Assembly: GCF_006345805.1 (NCBI RefSeq)
Contig: NC_043003.1
Coordinates: forward strand, 1,550,001 to 1,614,000
Source of the DNA: Octopus sinensis
Lineage: Eukaryota
Length of the DNA: 64,000 nucleotides
Direction of reading: 5' to 3'
Shown here: positions 38,349 through 50,405 of the stretch, in pieces
Layout of the letters: every line of letters starts with the position of its first letter
How positions within the stretch are numbered: the stretch's first letter is position 1
Notes under the pieces: generated by a model
What the model was told of the DNA's origin: nothing
Database searches by the model: none
Seen by the model: the letters and a program-made list of their open reading frames with translations, nothing else
Program-made: the position numbers and the translations under genes

Positions 38349-39328
38349 GTCAGGTCCCATTCTCTTTCCTCTCTATATAAACTTACACAAACACCCTACA
38401 CTCTTCTTTAAGATTAAGATTAGGGTTTTTCAGTTTTCTTTTTTACCAGACTGGCAGCATTCTTATTTCACCCAATCTTGACATAACTACATCATGTAGT
38501 GGTGCAGGCTGGCTTCCCAGCCATGTGGTTTCTGGTTCGCTCCCACTGCATGGCACCTTGGGCAAGTGTCTTCTTCTGTAGCCTTGTGAGGGGATTTGGT
38601 AGATGAAAACTGAAAGAAGCCTGTCTTGTATATATGTGTATGTATACACTTGTCCAGATATCATGTGATGTTTGTAAATGGGTTGGCCAAGTTGTGTCAA
38701 TGCAAAATTGTGTACATTTACACACACACACACACTTTTATATACATCATCAGCCTCATTTAACATCAATGTCCTCTGCTGGCAGAGGTTGTTTGGCACA
38801 GTTTCTGTGGCTGGATGCCCTTCACCAATCCTACCCACTTTACAGCATGTACTGGGTGCCTTTTTCATGCCACCTGCACTAGCAAGGTAGCAACTTGCAA
38901 AACTATGACCCTCAAATGAGGAGAGGAAGCTTTATACTAGAAGACTTGAGAGGGGTAAAGTGTGAGAGAAAAGGGCCAGAGCAGAACAGGTTCCTTGCTG
39001 TAAGGAAGCTACAGGACTACTCACAGTTTGGGAGAGTGGATGGAAATGATGAGGTGGGGACGGAAAGTGATGAAAGGTGGTGATGCTGAGGGTATCAGGG
39101 TAGACCAGCAAGGTATGGAGTGTCTAGGAATGAGTGGGGTAGAGAGAGATGCCAGGAGTGAGTGGGGTAGGAGGGGATGTCTGAGGGAAAGGTACAATAG
39201 AAATGATGAGGGAAGCAAGAGAGATAGCATAATGTTGGGTAGGTTGGGTGAGGGGAAGAGAAAGAGTGGGTGCACACACACACACACACACAGAAATGTC
39301 TTCATTTATTATTTGTTTTCTATTTCAG

Positions 39329-39363
39329 TTCAAGTTAGCTTCTATTCTGCCAATGAAATCAAG
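39329..39363 (+). CDS. LARGE1: LARGE coding exon 5 (35 nt)
   Basis: VQVSFYSANEIK vs human VRVDFYNADELK; TTTCAG / AAG|GTAAAG. Confidence 0.92.
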
Positions 39364-39408
39364 GTAAAGGAATTTTAAAACTGATTGTGACATTAATGCA
39401 ATGTAACA

Positions 39409-39443
<35 letters not shown>

Positions 39444-39447
39444 TATA

Positions 39448-40065
39448 AAGCAGCAAGCTGGCAGAATTGTTAACACGCTGGACAAAATACTTAGCAGTAT
39501 TTCTCCCGTTGTTATATTCTGAGTTCAAATTCCACCAAGGACAACTTTGCAGTTTGTCCTTTCTGGGTCGATAAATTAAGTACCAGTTGAGTACTGGGGT
39601 CAATGTAATCGACTTAACCCCTCCCCCAAATTTCAGGCCCTGTGCCTATAGTAGAAAGGATTATTAAGGCAGTGAGCTGGGCGAAATGCTTCGTTCTGAG
39701 TTCAAACTCCACCGAGGTTGACTTTGCTTTTCAGCCTTTTGAGATCGATAAAATAAGTACCAGTTGAACACTGGGGTTGATGTAATTGACTCATCCCCAC
39801 CTCCCCACAATTTGCCCTTGTTTCGAAAATTTGAAATTATTATTATTTACTGAGGGTGGCCAGCTGGCAGAATGGTTAGCAAGCCAGGATAATTGTTTAA
39901 CACTTTTTCATCTAGCTTTACATTCTGGGTTCAAATTTCACCAAGGTCAACTTTGCCGTTCATCCCTTCAAGGTTGACAAAATAAGTACTAGTCATGTAC
40001 TGGGGTCAATATAATCCATCTAACCGCTGAACTTGCTGGCCTTGTGCCAAAATTCAAAACCATTG
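39448..40065 (+). mobile_element. Head-to-tail array of three family B SINEs with ATT-rich tails
   Basis: Repeated GGCAG(C/T)GAGCTGG head, TTCTGAGTTCAAATTCC B-box-like segment and CCTTT..GGGTCGATAAA(A)TAAGTACCAG central block (resembles the Nin/Deu SINE domain from memory, unverified). Confidence 0.8.
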
Positions 40066-40071
40066 TTGTAA

Positions 40072-40355
40072 TAAAGATTGTTTGCCCACATAACATGGCA
40101 GTCCTGGGTTAGGACGAATGTTGCTGTAGTTTAGCCCCAGGAGACGTTGTCTCCAGCTGGCTACACAACACCATCTGTGTCCTTATATTTTCAAACAAGG
40201 GAATCTAGCACCCCATTCAGCTCAAAACAATATCTGTGTATTGCCATTTCTGGGTTATTTCTCTTCTTCAGATCATGTCATATATCCCGGGGCTAAATTA
40301 CAGCAACATTCGTCCTAAACCAGGACTGCCATGTTATGTTGGCAAACAATCTTTA
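40072..40355. repeat. 71-bp near-perfect inverted repeat (fold-back element) in LARGE intron 5
   Basis: 40072-40142 vs reverse complement of 40285-40355: 4 mismatches in 71 nt, 142-nt loop. Confidence 0.9.
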
Positions 40356-40919
40356 CTCCAAAGTGCTGTGGCTGAATATCTCTCATTGTGAGATTTAAAA
40401 ACAGTAATTTTCATTATTGTAATGTTCTGCTGGTTTTTTAGTCTTTTGTAGTCCTTTCAAAACCTGTAACATAAGCCATGGCATAAGGGACCTTGGCACC
40501 TTACATGAAAGCCTCAATGCCATAGCAAAGGAGAATGGACACCAGCCAACCCAACGGTTGAGTGCACCTGTCTATCTCAGTTGCTATGGCATTGGGATAG
40601 ATCTGGCCACCCCTGTTAACGGGGAGAAAACCCAGTATTAAAATACTGGATGATGATGATGATGATTACAACAAAGTTTTTTTTTCTTTTCTTCCTCCAC
40701 AACCTTTTTTTTTTTTTTTTTTCGTAAATTGTCTCTGCTGAATTTTTGTATTCAGCTTTACTAAACCAATCATTATCGTTAGTTCTTTCTTCGTCATGAC
40801 TTGAATTAATGTCTAAGAACTTCCCTGTAACCATATTGAATGCTGTTGCCCGTTTCCCTGCCAAATCAATCGAGAGAGGAGATTGTCTGTATGTTCTTCA
40901 TCTTTTCTTCTTCTTCCAG

Positions 40920-41009
40920 CCTGAAATTGCTTGGATTCCAAACAAACATTACTCCGGGGTATACGGTCTGATGAAACTGACTCTCCCCAAGTTACTACCC
41001 TTAGAAAAG
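40920..41009 (+). CDS. LARGE1: LARGE coding exon 6
   Basis: [30 protein letters not shown]. Confidence 0.97.
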
Positions 41010-41039
41010 GTAACACACATACATATATATCTATCATCT

Positions 41040-42069
41040 TTTGCCTGTGTTTTATTTCAGTCATTGGATTGCGGCCATGCTGGGGCACCACCTTGAAGAA
41101 TCAACCCCAATACTTGCTTTTAAGCCTGCTTCTTATTCTATCAGTTTCTTTTGCGAAAACTCTACATTGTGGGGGACATAAACACACCAACACCGGTTTT
41201 CAAGCAGTTTGATGAAACTAACTCAATGAAACACACACACACATATATATAGACACACAAAGGGCTTCTTTCAGTTTCCATCTGCCAAATCCACTCACAA
41301 GGCTTTGATTGGCTTGAGGCTATAATAGAAGACACTTGCCAAGGTGCCACGCAGTGGGATTGAACCCAGGACCATGTGTTTAGGAAGCAAACTTCTTACC
41401 ACATATTTCTTTTATTTGTTTCAGTCATTGGACCGTGGCCATGCTGGGGCAATGCCTCGAAGAGTTTAGTTGAAGAAATCAACTCCAGTACTTTTTTTTT
41501 ATTAATTTGGTATTTATTCTATTGGTTTCTTTTGCCAAACTGCTAGGTTATTAGGACATGAACAAAGCAACACTGGTTGTCAAGCAGTTCACAGTTTCTA
41601 CCCACTAAATTCATTCACAAGGCATTGGTTAGCCCATGACTAGAGTAGAAGAAATTTGTCCAAGGCATTGCACTGTGAGACTGAACCTAAAGCCACATCG
41701 TTGCAAAGCAACCTTCTTAACCACACAGCCATGCCTACCACCTATAAATGTATGTGCATGTGTGTGTGTTGTTGTTGTATTTACAAAACAAAAGACTGGA
41801 AACATTTGATATATTTGAATTCCATGTTACACGTGTTTCATTACAGAATCTACAGAAAAAGCATTTATAGAATCTCCTAAAGACTCAAAAATAATACTGA
41901 TTTACACTGTGTGTGTGTGTGGTAAGAAGCTTGCTTCCAACCACATGGTTCTGGGTTCAATCCTACTGCATGGCACCTTGGGCAAGTGTCTTCTACTATA
42001 GCCGCAGGCCAACCAAAGCCTTGTGACTGAATTTGGTACATGGAAACTGAAAGAAGCCCATCATATATA

Positions 42070-42110
<41 letters not shown>

Positions 42111-42300
42111 GTGTGTGTGTGTGTATGTTTGTCCCCCTACCATCACTTGATAACCAATGTTGGTGTGTTTACATCCCTGTAAACTAGTGGTTCAACAAAA
42201 GAGACCGATAGAATTAGTCCTGGGGTCGATTAGCTCGGCTTAAGGCAATGCTCCAGCATGGTCGCAGTCAAATGACTGAAACAAGTAAAAGAATAAAAGA
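41040..42300. mobile_element. Family A SINEs in opposite orientations in LARGE intron 6 (minus ~41040-41410 and ~41410-41735; plus ~41915-42300)
   Basis: Consensus family A segments present on both strands within 1.3 kb. Confidence 0.85.
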
Positions 42301-42341
42301 ACTTATCTCTTGCTATAATTTCCTTTGTTTCTTGTTTCTAG

Positions 42342-42425
42342 GTTATTGTCCTTGACACTGATATCACATTTGCTACAGATATTGCAGACCTGTGGAAAAT
42401 ATTCAGAATATTGAAAGGAAAACAA
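42342..42425 (+). CDS. LARGE1: LARGE coding exon 7 (DXD motif DTD)
   Basis: [28 protein letters not shown]. Confidence 0.97.
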
Positions 42426-42610
42426 GTAAGAGAAAACAGCCCTTTTCTTTTTTCCCCTTACCCTTATAGCATTTGCTGTAACCAATGCCCTGACACTGTT
42501 TGTCTTAGTTGCAACCAACATATGCAGTGTTTCAAGCGATGAGAGGAGGAGAAATAATCATCTAGACAGGGGCAGATAATTATATCAGGTTAAAGTCATC
42601 AAGATGTCTG

Positions 42611-43095
42611 TTAACACTTTTGTTACTGTATTTCTGTTGAGATGCTCTGTGTTGCTTTCAATTAATTTTAAATATAACAAAAACAGTTTATTAAAATAAG
42701 TTAGTTATCATTAAGCTAGTGTTAGGAACATAAATTGTGACTAAGGTTTGGTGGAAGATTTTAATTCAAAACTTATGAGAACAAGACATTTGTACTACAG
42801 AAGCACAGGCGGTTTCTGCTGGGTTGGTAATGAAAGGGTTAAGAATTGTTTCTCTATTATATATTTTAACCCTTTTCTTACCACATTTCTGTTGAGATGT
42901 TCTGTGTTTCTTTCAATTAATTTTAAATAGAACAAAGAATTTAATAAAATAACTTAGTTGTCACTCAGCTAGTGTTAGGAACATAAATTGTGACTAAGGT
43001 TTGGTGGAAGATTTTAATTCAAAACTTATGAAAACAAGACATTTGTACTACAGAGCCAGAAGTGGTTTCAGCCGGGTTGGTAATGAAAGGGTTAA
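42611..43095. mobile_element. Two adjacent, same-orientation piggyBac-like MITEs (family 1): 42611-42842 and 42866-43095
   Basis: Each bounded by TTAA and ending GTAATGAAAGGG-TTAA. Confidence 0.8.
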
Positions 43096-43129
43096 AACTG
43101 GGAAGGGTGAAGAACTGTAATATCTTAGG

Positions 43130-43800
43130 GTTACTGAAAAAGGGATGTTGCTTTTCATGTAGTGAATTTAAATCTGCATAAAACATATCATAAATATATT
43201 TGTTCATTTAAAACGTAATCGTCATCGTTAGCATTTTCCCACCAAGAAACCAGTTCTCTGATTCCTTGGGGGGGGGGGGGGCAAAGTTTTGTAGAAGAGA
43301 AAGATGTTTGGAGTGTTGTTTTGACATTGTCTCTGCTTCTGAACAGTTTTCCACTTGTAGAATGTTCAAGTAAACTGAAGAAGTGAAAATCTGATGGTTT
43401 TAGGTCTGGTGGGTAGGAAGCGTGGGGTACAGGCTTTTCAGCCCAATGGATTTTCCTTCTCTTGGGTTATCTTCAATGAATGTGGCCTTGCATTGTCGTG
43501 TCATTGGATGACTCCCTTTTTTTCTCTAACCACTTCTCTTCTCTATACTCTATCCCAATCTGCTTGAGATGGCCTTGAACAATGGACCGAGGTTTATTAA
43601 GTCCCTGATTCCTTGATGTGGATTCTCCTGTGGTGAGACATCAGACTATTTGCTTGAAAATACATTTCTTTTTGGTACCCCTAACAGAAACTTTTAGCCA
43701 TTTCTAAGAGACAATCTACTGCAAGCCAATACCCAATCCTGTTGATGAAGGAGGATCTCAGTCAGACAGTTTTACCCTGTGCACCCACCCACCCCAAAAC
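43130..43800 (-). pseudogene. mariner transposase C-terminal remnant
   Basis: HDNARPH at 43480-43500 (minus), then frameshifted YPPDLKPSDFHFFSLLEH...GIRELVSWW. Confidence 0.8.
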
Positions 43801-43954
43801 CACATCCTCCACATCACTAACCATTTCATTCTCATTTCCTCATAAAGATTTCAAACATTATTAAACTGGGTCTCAGGATTATTGGAATATAAGATGGTTT
43901 GAAAATCATTCCCATTTGGTCGAGATTTTATTTATTTTTTAAAATTTTCTTCAG

Positions 43955-44032
43955 GCAATTGGTCTTGTTGAGAATCAGAGTGATTGGTACCTTGGAAAAT
44001 TATGGAAAAACCACCGTCCATGGCCTGCTTTG
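43955..44032 (+). CDS. LARGE1: LARGE coding exon 8
   Basis: [26 protein letters not shown]. Confidence 0.97.
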
Positions 44033-44875
44033 GTAAGATGCCACATTGATACGCAGATTCTATTAAATATTCTGTGAATTATTTTGAATTATTTTTCAAT
44101 ACTTTTTCTTTCTTATTCAAGAACAATAAATGGTCTAAAATTTGAAAAGAATTACAAATTTATTTCACACAGATGTGTGGTGTGTGTGTGTCTGTGTATC
44201 ATCATCATCATTGTCATCATTTAATGTCCGTTTTCCATGCTGGCATGGGTTGGGCAGTTTGACAGAAGCTGACATGGCCAAGAGCTGCACCAGATGTCAT
44301 TGTCTGTTTTGGCATTCTACAGCTGGATGCCCTTCTTAACGCCAACCACTTTACAGAGTGGACTGAGAAATATTACCTTGGAAATAGGTCAGGATTGGTA
44401 ACAAAAACGACATTCAGCTGTGGAGCCTCAAAAAAATCCGTCTGACCAATGCAAGCATGGAAAATTGGACGTTAAATGATGATGAGAGACACACTCGATC
44501 ACACACACACAAAATATTATTTTAAAATCCACTTGGCTCTATTTGCATGTGTCAGAAAAATTTTCTACAGATTGAGGGGCATTTTTCGTATCCCCAACCT
44601 TCACCCGTTTCCAACCCCCACCTCTTTCCACATACTTAACTCATCTTTTACAAAAACAACAAAAATCTGTAAAACATTTCCTTTCTTTTGTCAACTTTGT
44701 ATTTCTGAAGTTAATCCAAAAATACATAAATAAAACAAAGTCTTGAATTTTAGTGAGAAATTTATTTATCCAAACTATTTGAGAATTTTAGAAATAAAGT
44801 TGAATCTGTATCTATAAAAGGCATGATGTGTGTGTGTGTGTGTGTACGTGATTGCAATTTATGCACATCCACAAA

Positions 44876-46110
44876 CTAGCACGCATGTCGCCCCAATTTT
44901 AGGAGGACATTTGTCAACAGCCTATCTGGGTTTTGTCAACTTATTTTTCCCCGAGGCACCCACAGATAGCGGTAAAAATCTATTTTTGGCCATAGCTTTT
45001 AGTGGTAAAAATCTAGTTTCAGCCGTATTTTGAAGATTGATAACATGAGTTAAGTCCCTTCTAGCCATAGCCAAGCGAAAGTGTGTGTGTGTGTGAGGGA
45101 TAGAGAGAAGTTGTGCGTTGATGTGTGTGTGTGAGGGAGAGAGAGAGTGTTTCGCAACATCTCGCAAAAATAGTAAAGAAAAAGTATGCGTAAGAAAGAG
45201 AGATAGTTTGACGGCATCTAACAAAAAAAACAAGATAAAGAAAAGTGGAAGACAGGCAGAGTTTCACAGCGTCTAAACAAAAAAAAGGGAAAGACAAAAT
45301 GTGTGAGAGAGAGAGTAAGTGACGACATTCATAAAAAATAAAATGTAAAATGTTTTATTTTTTCTTAAACATGAGATATAGTGTTCAAATTTAGGATGTT
45401 TTGGAAGACACTATATTTTATAATCATAGTATATATACTTTCTCACACAACAATTACAATATATTTATTTTAAATCATTCATCTTTCTCTCCCCCCCTCT
45501 CTCTCTCTCACTCACACATTACTTTGGGTGCGAAAGAGTTTTGTTTTTATTTTACGCCGAGTAAAAAGGTGTTTTGTTGACAATCCATTTATTTAACAAT
45601 AAAGAAACAAAGAGGTGAGTAACAATTTGTCAGTGAATTGCACAATATAAATGGGTACAATTTGCGAGGCTTCCACCACACCCAACTCCGTTTCACGGAC
45701 CACAAAAAGGGTTTTGAGGCAAGAGTAGCTGATTCCACGCAAAAAAAAACCGATTTTTTTTCTTAGTGAAAATCGTGCAAGTGTTAATCTCCAAATTTAA
45801 CATTTTTTCCATTCGTTTCTGTTTATGAACGTGTATGCGTGCACAAAACATGCAATGGGTGTACGTACGTACGTGTGTGTATGTGTGTTCGTATGTGTTG
45901 CCCATATATATTTATATTATATTATATTATATATATATGATATATATAATATATATATAACATATATATATATATATATATAATATAACCAATTTCAATG
46001 GATTTCGGTCAAATTTGACTTCGATATTACTTAGTTTGGTTTGAAATAAAGAACTTGATTAGTGTAATAATCATAACTTAATCCCAGGCAAGGCCAGGTT
46101 ATACTGCTAG
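44876..46110. mobile_element. Two probable Helitron-like fragments back to back
   Basis: Minus-strand CTAG|T end at 44876 and plus-strand CCCAGGCAAGGCCAGG...CTGCTAG|T end at 46110, similar to the 3' end of the 28514 element; internal boundary not resolved. Confidence 0.45.
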
Positions 46111-46180
46111 TCTTAAATAATATAAAAGTGATTATCTGTTAAGCCAGTTCTATTGACGCCTTTTGTTTGATCTTTTTAAG

Positions 46181-46312
46181 GGCCGAGGGTTTAATACTGG
46201 CGTAATTCTGTTGGACATCCGAATGCTGCAAGAATTGAACTGGATGCAGGTATGGCGCCTCATTGCTGAACGTGAACTGATGAGTATGCTGTCAACATCG
46301 TTAGCAGACCAG
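46181..46312 (+). CDS. LARGE1: LARGE coding exon 9
   Basis: [44 protein letters not shown]. Confidence 0.97.
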
Positions 46313-46422
46313 GTGAGCCAACCTTTAAACGTCTTTGCAACAAAACTTGAGTTGCTCGTCTCATTTCTTTTTCTCTTGACTGTTTTGCTTGACTATTAAT
46401 CTTTAATCTTTAATCATTTCAG

Positions 46423-46548
46423 GATATCTTCAATGCCGTCTTAAAGCAACATCCTTACCTAGTGTATCGACTGCCATGTCAGTGGAACGTCCAACTCAGT
46501 GACAACACACGGAGCGAGCAATGTTACAGCGAAGTAGCAGATTTAAAG
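46423..46548 (+). CDS. LARGE1: LARGE coding exon 10
   Basis: [42 protein letters not shown]; preceded by a 110-nt intron. Confidence 0.97.
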
Positions 46549-46789
46549 GTTTGTGCCCTGTTACTAAATTGTTATGGATTATATTTCTGTGAGGGTCTTG
46601 GGGGTCGGTGGAGTGGAAGAAGAGTGTTTAAGGGATTGATTTTAATGATACTTTAAGATTTACAATTAAATAGATTTGAAAGTCTTGGGAAATGGTGTCA
46701 GCTTTAAACTGAAGAATTACCCAGAATTTGTTGCATCTTGGAACGGTCAATTTGCCACAAATAAATTCATGCACTGATTCTGTTTCGCT

Positions 46790-47645
46790 TAAAGTCACTG
46801 AGGTCAGCTTTGCCTTTCATCCTTTCGGGGTTGTTAGATTAAATACCAGTGAGACACTGGGGGCGATATAATCAACGAGTCTCCTTCCTCCAAATTTCAG
46901 GCCTTGTGCCTATAGCAGAAAGGATTATTATTATTATTATTATTACTACTACTACTACTAAGAAGGCGGTGAGCTGGCAGCATCATTAGCATGCTGGATA
47001 AAATGCTTAGCGGTATTTTGCCCATCGATACATTCTGAGATCAAATTCCGCCAAGGTTGGCTTTGCCTTTCATCCTTTCAGGGTTGATAAAATAAGTACC
47101 AGTTGAATACTGGGGTCAGTGTAACTGGCTCATCCCCTCCTGCCCCAAGCTGCCCTTGTGTAATCAACGAGTCCCCTCTCCCCAAATTTCAGGCCTTGTG
47201 CCTATAGCAGAAAGGATTATTGTTGTTGTTGTTGTTGTTGTTGTTGAGGCGGTGAGCTTGCAAGACCGTTTGCATGCCAGGCAAAATGCTTTGTAGCAGT
47301 TCACCCGTGTTTACATTCTGAGTTCAAATTCTGCCATGGTCAACTTTGGCTTTCGTCCTTTCAAAGTCAATGTAAAAATTACCAGTCATGTACTGGGGGG
47401 TCAATGTAATCGACTATCCCCCCTCCTCTAAAATTTCAGGCCTTGTGCCTCTAGTAGAAACGATTATTGTAATTAAGGCAGTGAGATGGCTGAATCACGA
47501 GCAGACTGGACGAAATGCTCAGCAGCATTTCATGTCACAAGGTTCTGAGTTCAAATTCTGCTGGGGGTTGACTTTTCCATTCATCCTTTCAGCTATCCCC
47601 CTCCCCCACAATTTCAGACCTTCTGCTTCTAATAGAAAGGATTTT
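46790..47645 (+). mobile_element. Head-to-tail array of ~4 family B SINEs separated by (ATT)n/(ACT)n/(GTT)n tails
   Basis: Heads at ~46963, ~47248, ~47475 plus an upstream partial copy; shared tail AAATTTCAGGCCTTGTGCCTATAGCAGAAAGGATTATT. Confidence 0.8.
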
Positions 47646-47783
47646 TATCATTACTACTACTACTACTACCACTACTACCACTACTAGTCAATTTGTTACC
47701 ATTTAACCAATTAATCCATCGGTTGTTTAATTAATTTCCTATAACCCAGATTTTCGTGGTTTAATCAACAGAAGTTTATAAAT

Positions 47784-48220
47784 GGTGCAGGAGTGGCTGT
47801 GTGGTAAGAAGCCTGCTTCCCAACTACATGGTTCTGGGTTCAGTCCCACTGCATATCACCTTGGGCAAGTTTCTTCTACTATAGCCTTGGGCCAACCAAA
47901 GTCTTGTGAGCGGATTTGGTAGACGGAAACTGAAAGAAGCCCGTCATGTATGTATGTATGTATTTATATACATATATATATACATGACGGGCTTCTTGTG
48001 TATATATATATATATGTGTGTGTGTGTCTGTGTTTCTTCCCGCACCATCACTTGACAACCGACGGTGGTGTGTTTACGTCCCCATAACTTAGCAGCTCGA
48101 CAAAAGAGACTGATAGAATAAGTACTAGGCTTACAAAGAATGAGTCCTGGAGTTGGTTTGTTTGACTAAAAGGTGGTGCTCCAGCATGGCTGCAGCCAAA
48201 TGACTAAAACAAGTAAAAGA
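47784..48220 (+). mobile_element. Full-length family A SINE
   Basis: Matches 36471-36853 end to end. Confidence 0.9.
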
Positions 48221-48331
48221 AAATGATATTTTACGTAAAACTAGTGTTACATATTAAAGAAATATTTCCACATTCTTTACTTGTGTAAAACTAATATTTC
48301 AACTTTTGATTTCTTCTTCTTTTTCCATTAG

Positions 48332-48493
48332 ATCATACACTGGAATTCTCCCAAGAAACTAAAAGTTAAGAATAAAAATGTCGAGTTCTTTCGGAACCTT
48401 TATCTAACATTCCTGAAATACGATGGCAATTTGCTACGCCAAGAATTGTTCGCTTGTGGAACCACACGTGTTGGACCTCGCTTCCAAGATCAG
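48332..48493 (+). CDS. LARGE1: LARGE coding exon 11
   Basis: [54 protein letters not shown]. Confidence 0.97.
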
Positions 48494-49311
48494 GTTAGCA
48501 CACCATTTTGACATTTGCTCAACTCATTCCTTATTGATGTTATGATGATGATGTCTCTCTCTCTACACTTATGGCTAAATATCAACTTAATATATCTTGG
48601 ATTAAGTTGTTTTGGGTTTTTTTTCTTTAGAATAGCTTTCTTCTTTCTCTTCTACTATAGAAGTCAACTATTTGGGCAAGTGTCTTCTCCTATAGCTTCA
48701 GGCTGCCCAAAGCCTTGTCAGTTGATTGGGTAGATGGAAACTAAAAGAAGCCTGTTGTATATTTATATTTGTATGTATGTAGTTGTTTGTTCCCTACCAC
48801 TGCTTGGCAACCAGTGTTAGTTTGTTTATATCCTCATAACTTAGTGGCTTGGCAAAAAATGGCCAATGGAATTATACCAGACTTGAAAACAAAAATAAGT
48901 ACAGGACTTGGTTTGTTTGACTAAAAGTCTCCGTGGCAGTGCTCCAGCATGGCCACAGTCTAATGACTGAAACAAGTAAAAGAGTTCATGCTAGTATTAT
49001 ATACTGCATGCTATAAGGCAGTGAGATGGCAGAATTGTTAGCACACCAGGCAAAATCCTTAGTGGTATTTCGTCTGCTGCTGTGTTCTGAGTTCAAATTC
49101 CACCGGGGTCGACTTAGCCTTTCATCCTTTCAGGGTCAATAAATTAGGTACCAGTTGCATACTGGGGTCGATGAACCCAACATGCCCCTTCCTGCAAAAT
49201 TTCAGGCCTTGTGCCTAGAGTAGAAGCAACTGTTGTATTGCATGCTAACCCTAAACGCTACATGTGAATCCTATCCATGAGATGCTCATCTCTCCCCTTC
49301 TTCTCTTTCAG

Positions 49312-49883
49312 TTGAGTGCCATCAACGAAGACGACGAATGCTATGACTTTCGTCGTGAACAGATCATCATTCACCGCACTCACCTCTACTATCTGGACTA
49401 CGATTACCAGCCAACAGATTTCGATGTTACCTTGGTGGCCCAGCTAAGCATGGACCGACTGCAAATGCTTGAGACAATCTGTCGACACTGGGAAGGCCCT
49501 ATAAGCTTGGCTCTGTACATGTCTGATGCAGAAGTGCAACAGTTTCTGCGCTATGCCGTCAGCTCTGGCATTTTAATGTCTCGCAAGAATGTCGGTTACC
49601 ATGTGGTATATCGGGATGGGCAATTCTACCCGGTCAACTACCTGCGAAACGTGGCCTTACAACAGGTGATCACTCCTTATGTCTACCTTTCAGACATCGA
49701 CTTCCTACCCATGTATGGTTTATATGAATACCTGAAGAAGGCTGTGTCCATGATGGACATGAAAGACAGTAAAAAAGCCCTCATTGTTCCAGCTTTTGAG
49801 ACCCAACGCTACAGACTGACTTTCCCAAAGTCTAAAGCAGAATTACTTTCCATGCTTGATGTTGGTACCCTATTCACCTTCAG
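49312..49883 (+). CDS. LARGE1: LARGE coding exon 12 (GT49 glucuronyltransferase domain, DXD motif DID)
   Basis: [16 protein letters not shown]...[17 protein letters not shown]...[10 protein letters not shown]...[10 protein letters not shown]...LFTFR; TTTCAG / AG|GTAAGC. Confidence 0.98.
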
Positions 49884-49959
49884 GTAAGCATTTTGTAGAG
49901 ACTGTGCATTGTGAGGAGTGGATTTAGTGAATGGAAACTGAAAGAAGCTTATTGCATAT

Positions 49960-49995
<36 letters not shown>

Positions 49996-50160
49996 GGCGC
50001 AGGAGTGGCTGTGTGGTAAGTGGCTTGCTTACCAACCACATGGTTATGGGTTCAGTCCCACTGCGTGGCACCTTGGGCAAGTGTCTTCTACTATAGCCTT
50101 GGGCTGACCAAAGCCTTGTGGGTGGATTTGGTAGACAGAAACTAAAAGAAGCCCATCATA

Positions 50161-50208
<48 letters not shown>

Positions 50209-50405
50209 TGTATGTCTGTGTTTGTCCCCCTAACATCGCTTGACAACCAATGCTGGTGTGTTTACGTCCCCGTAACTTAGCAGTTCGGCCAAAGAGTTTG
50301 ATAAAATAAGTACATGCTTACAGAGAATAGGTCCTGGTGTCGATTTGTTTCGATTATTGGCGGTGCTCCAGCATGGCCGCAGTCAAATGACTGAAACAAA
50401 TAAAA
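49996..50405 (+). mobile_element. Full-length family A SINE
   Basis: GGCGCAGGAGTGGCTGTGTGG head to GACTGAAACAAATAAAAAG tail, central (TA)n. Confidence 0.9.

Noticed and set aside
49264-49311. N-terminal [16 protein letters not shown] of the 207-aa ORF as a separate gene start
   Set aside because: Intronic polypyrimidine tract; homology to LARGE begins at the 49312 acceptor
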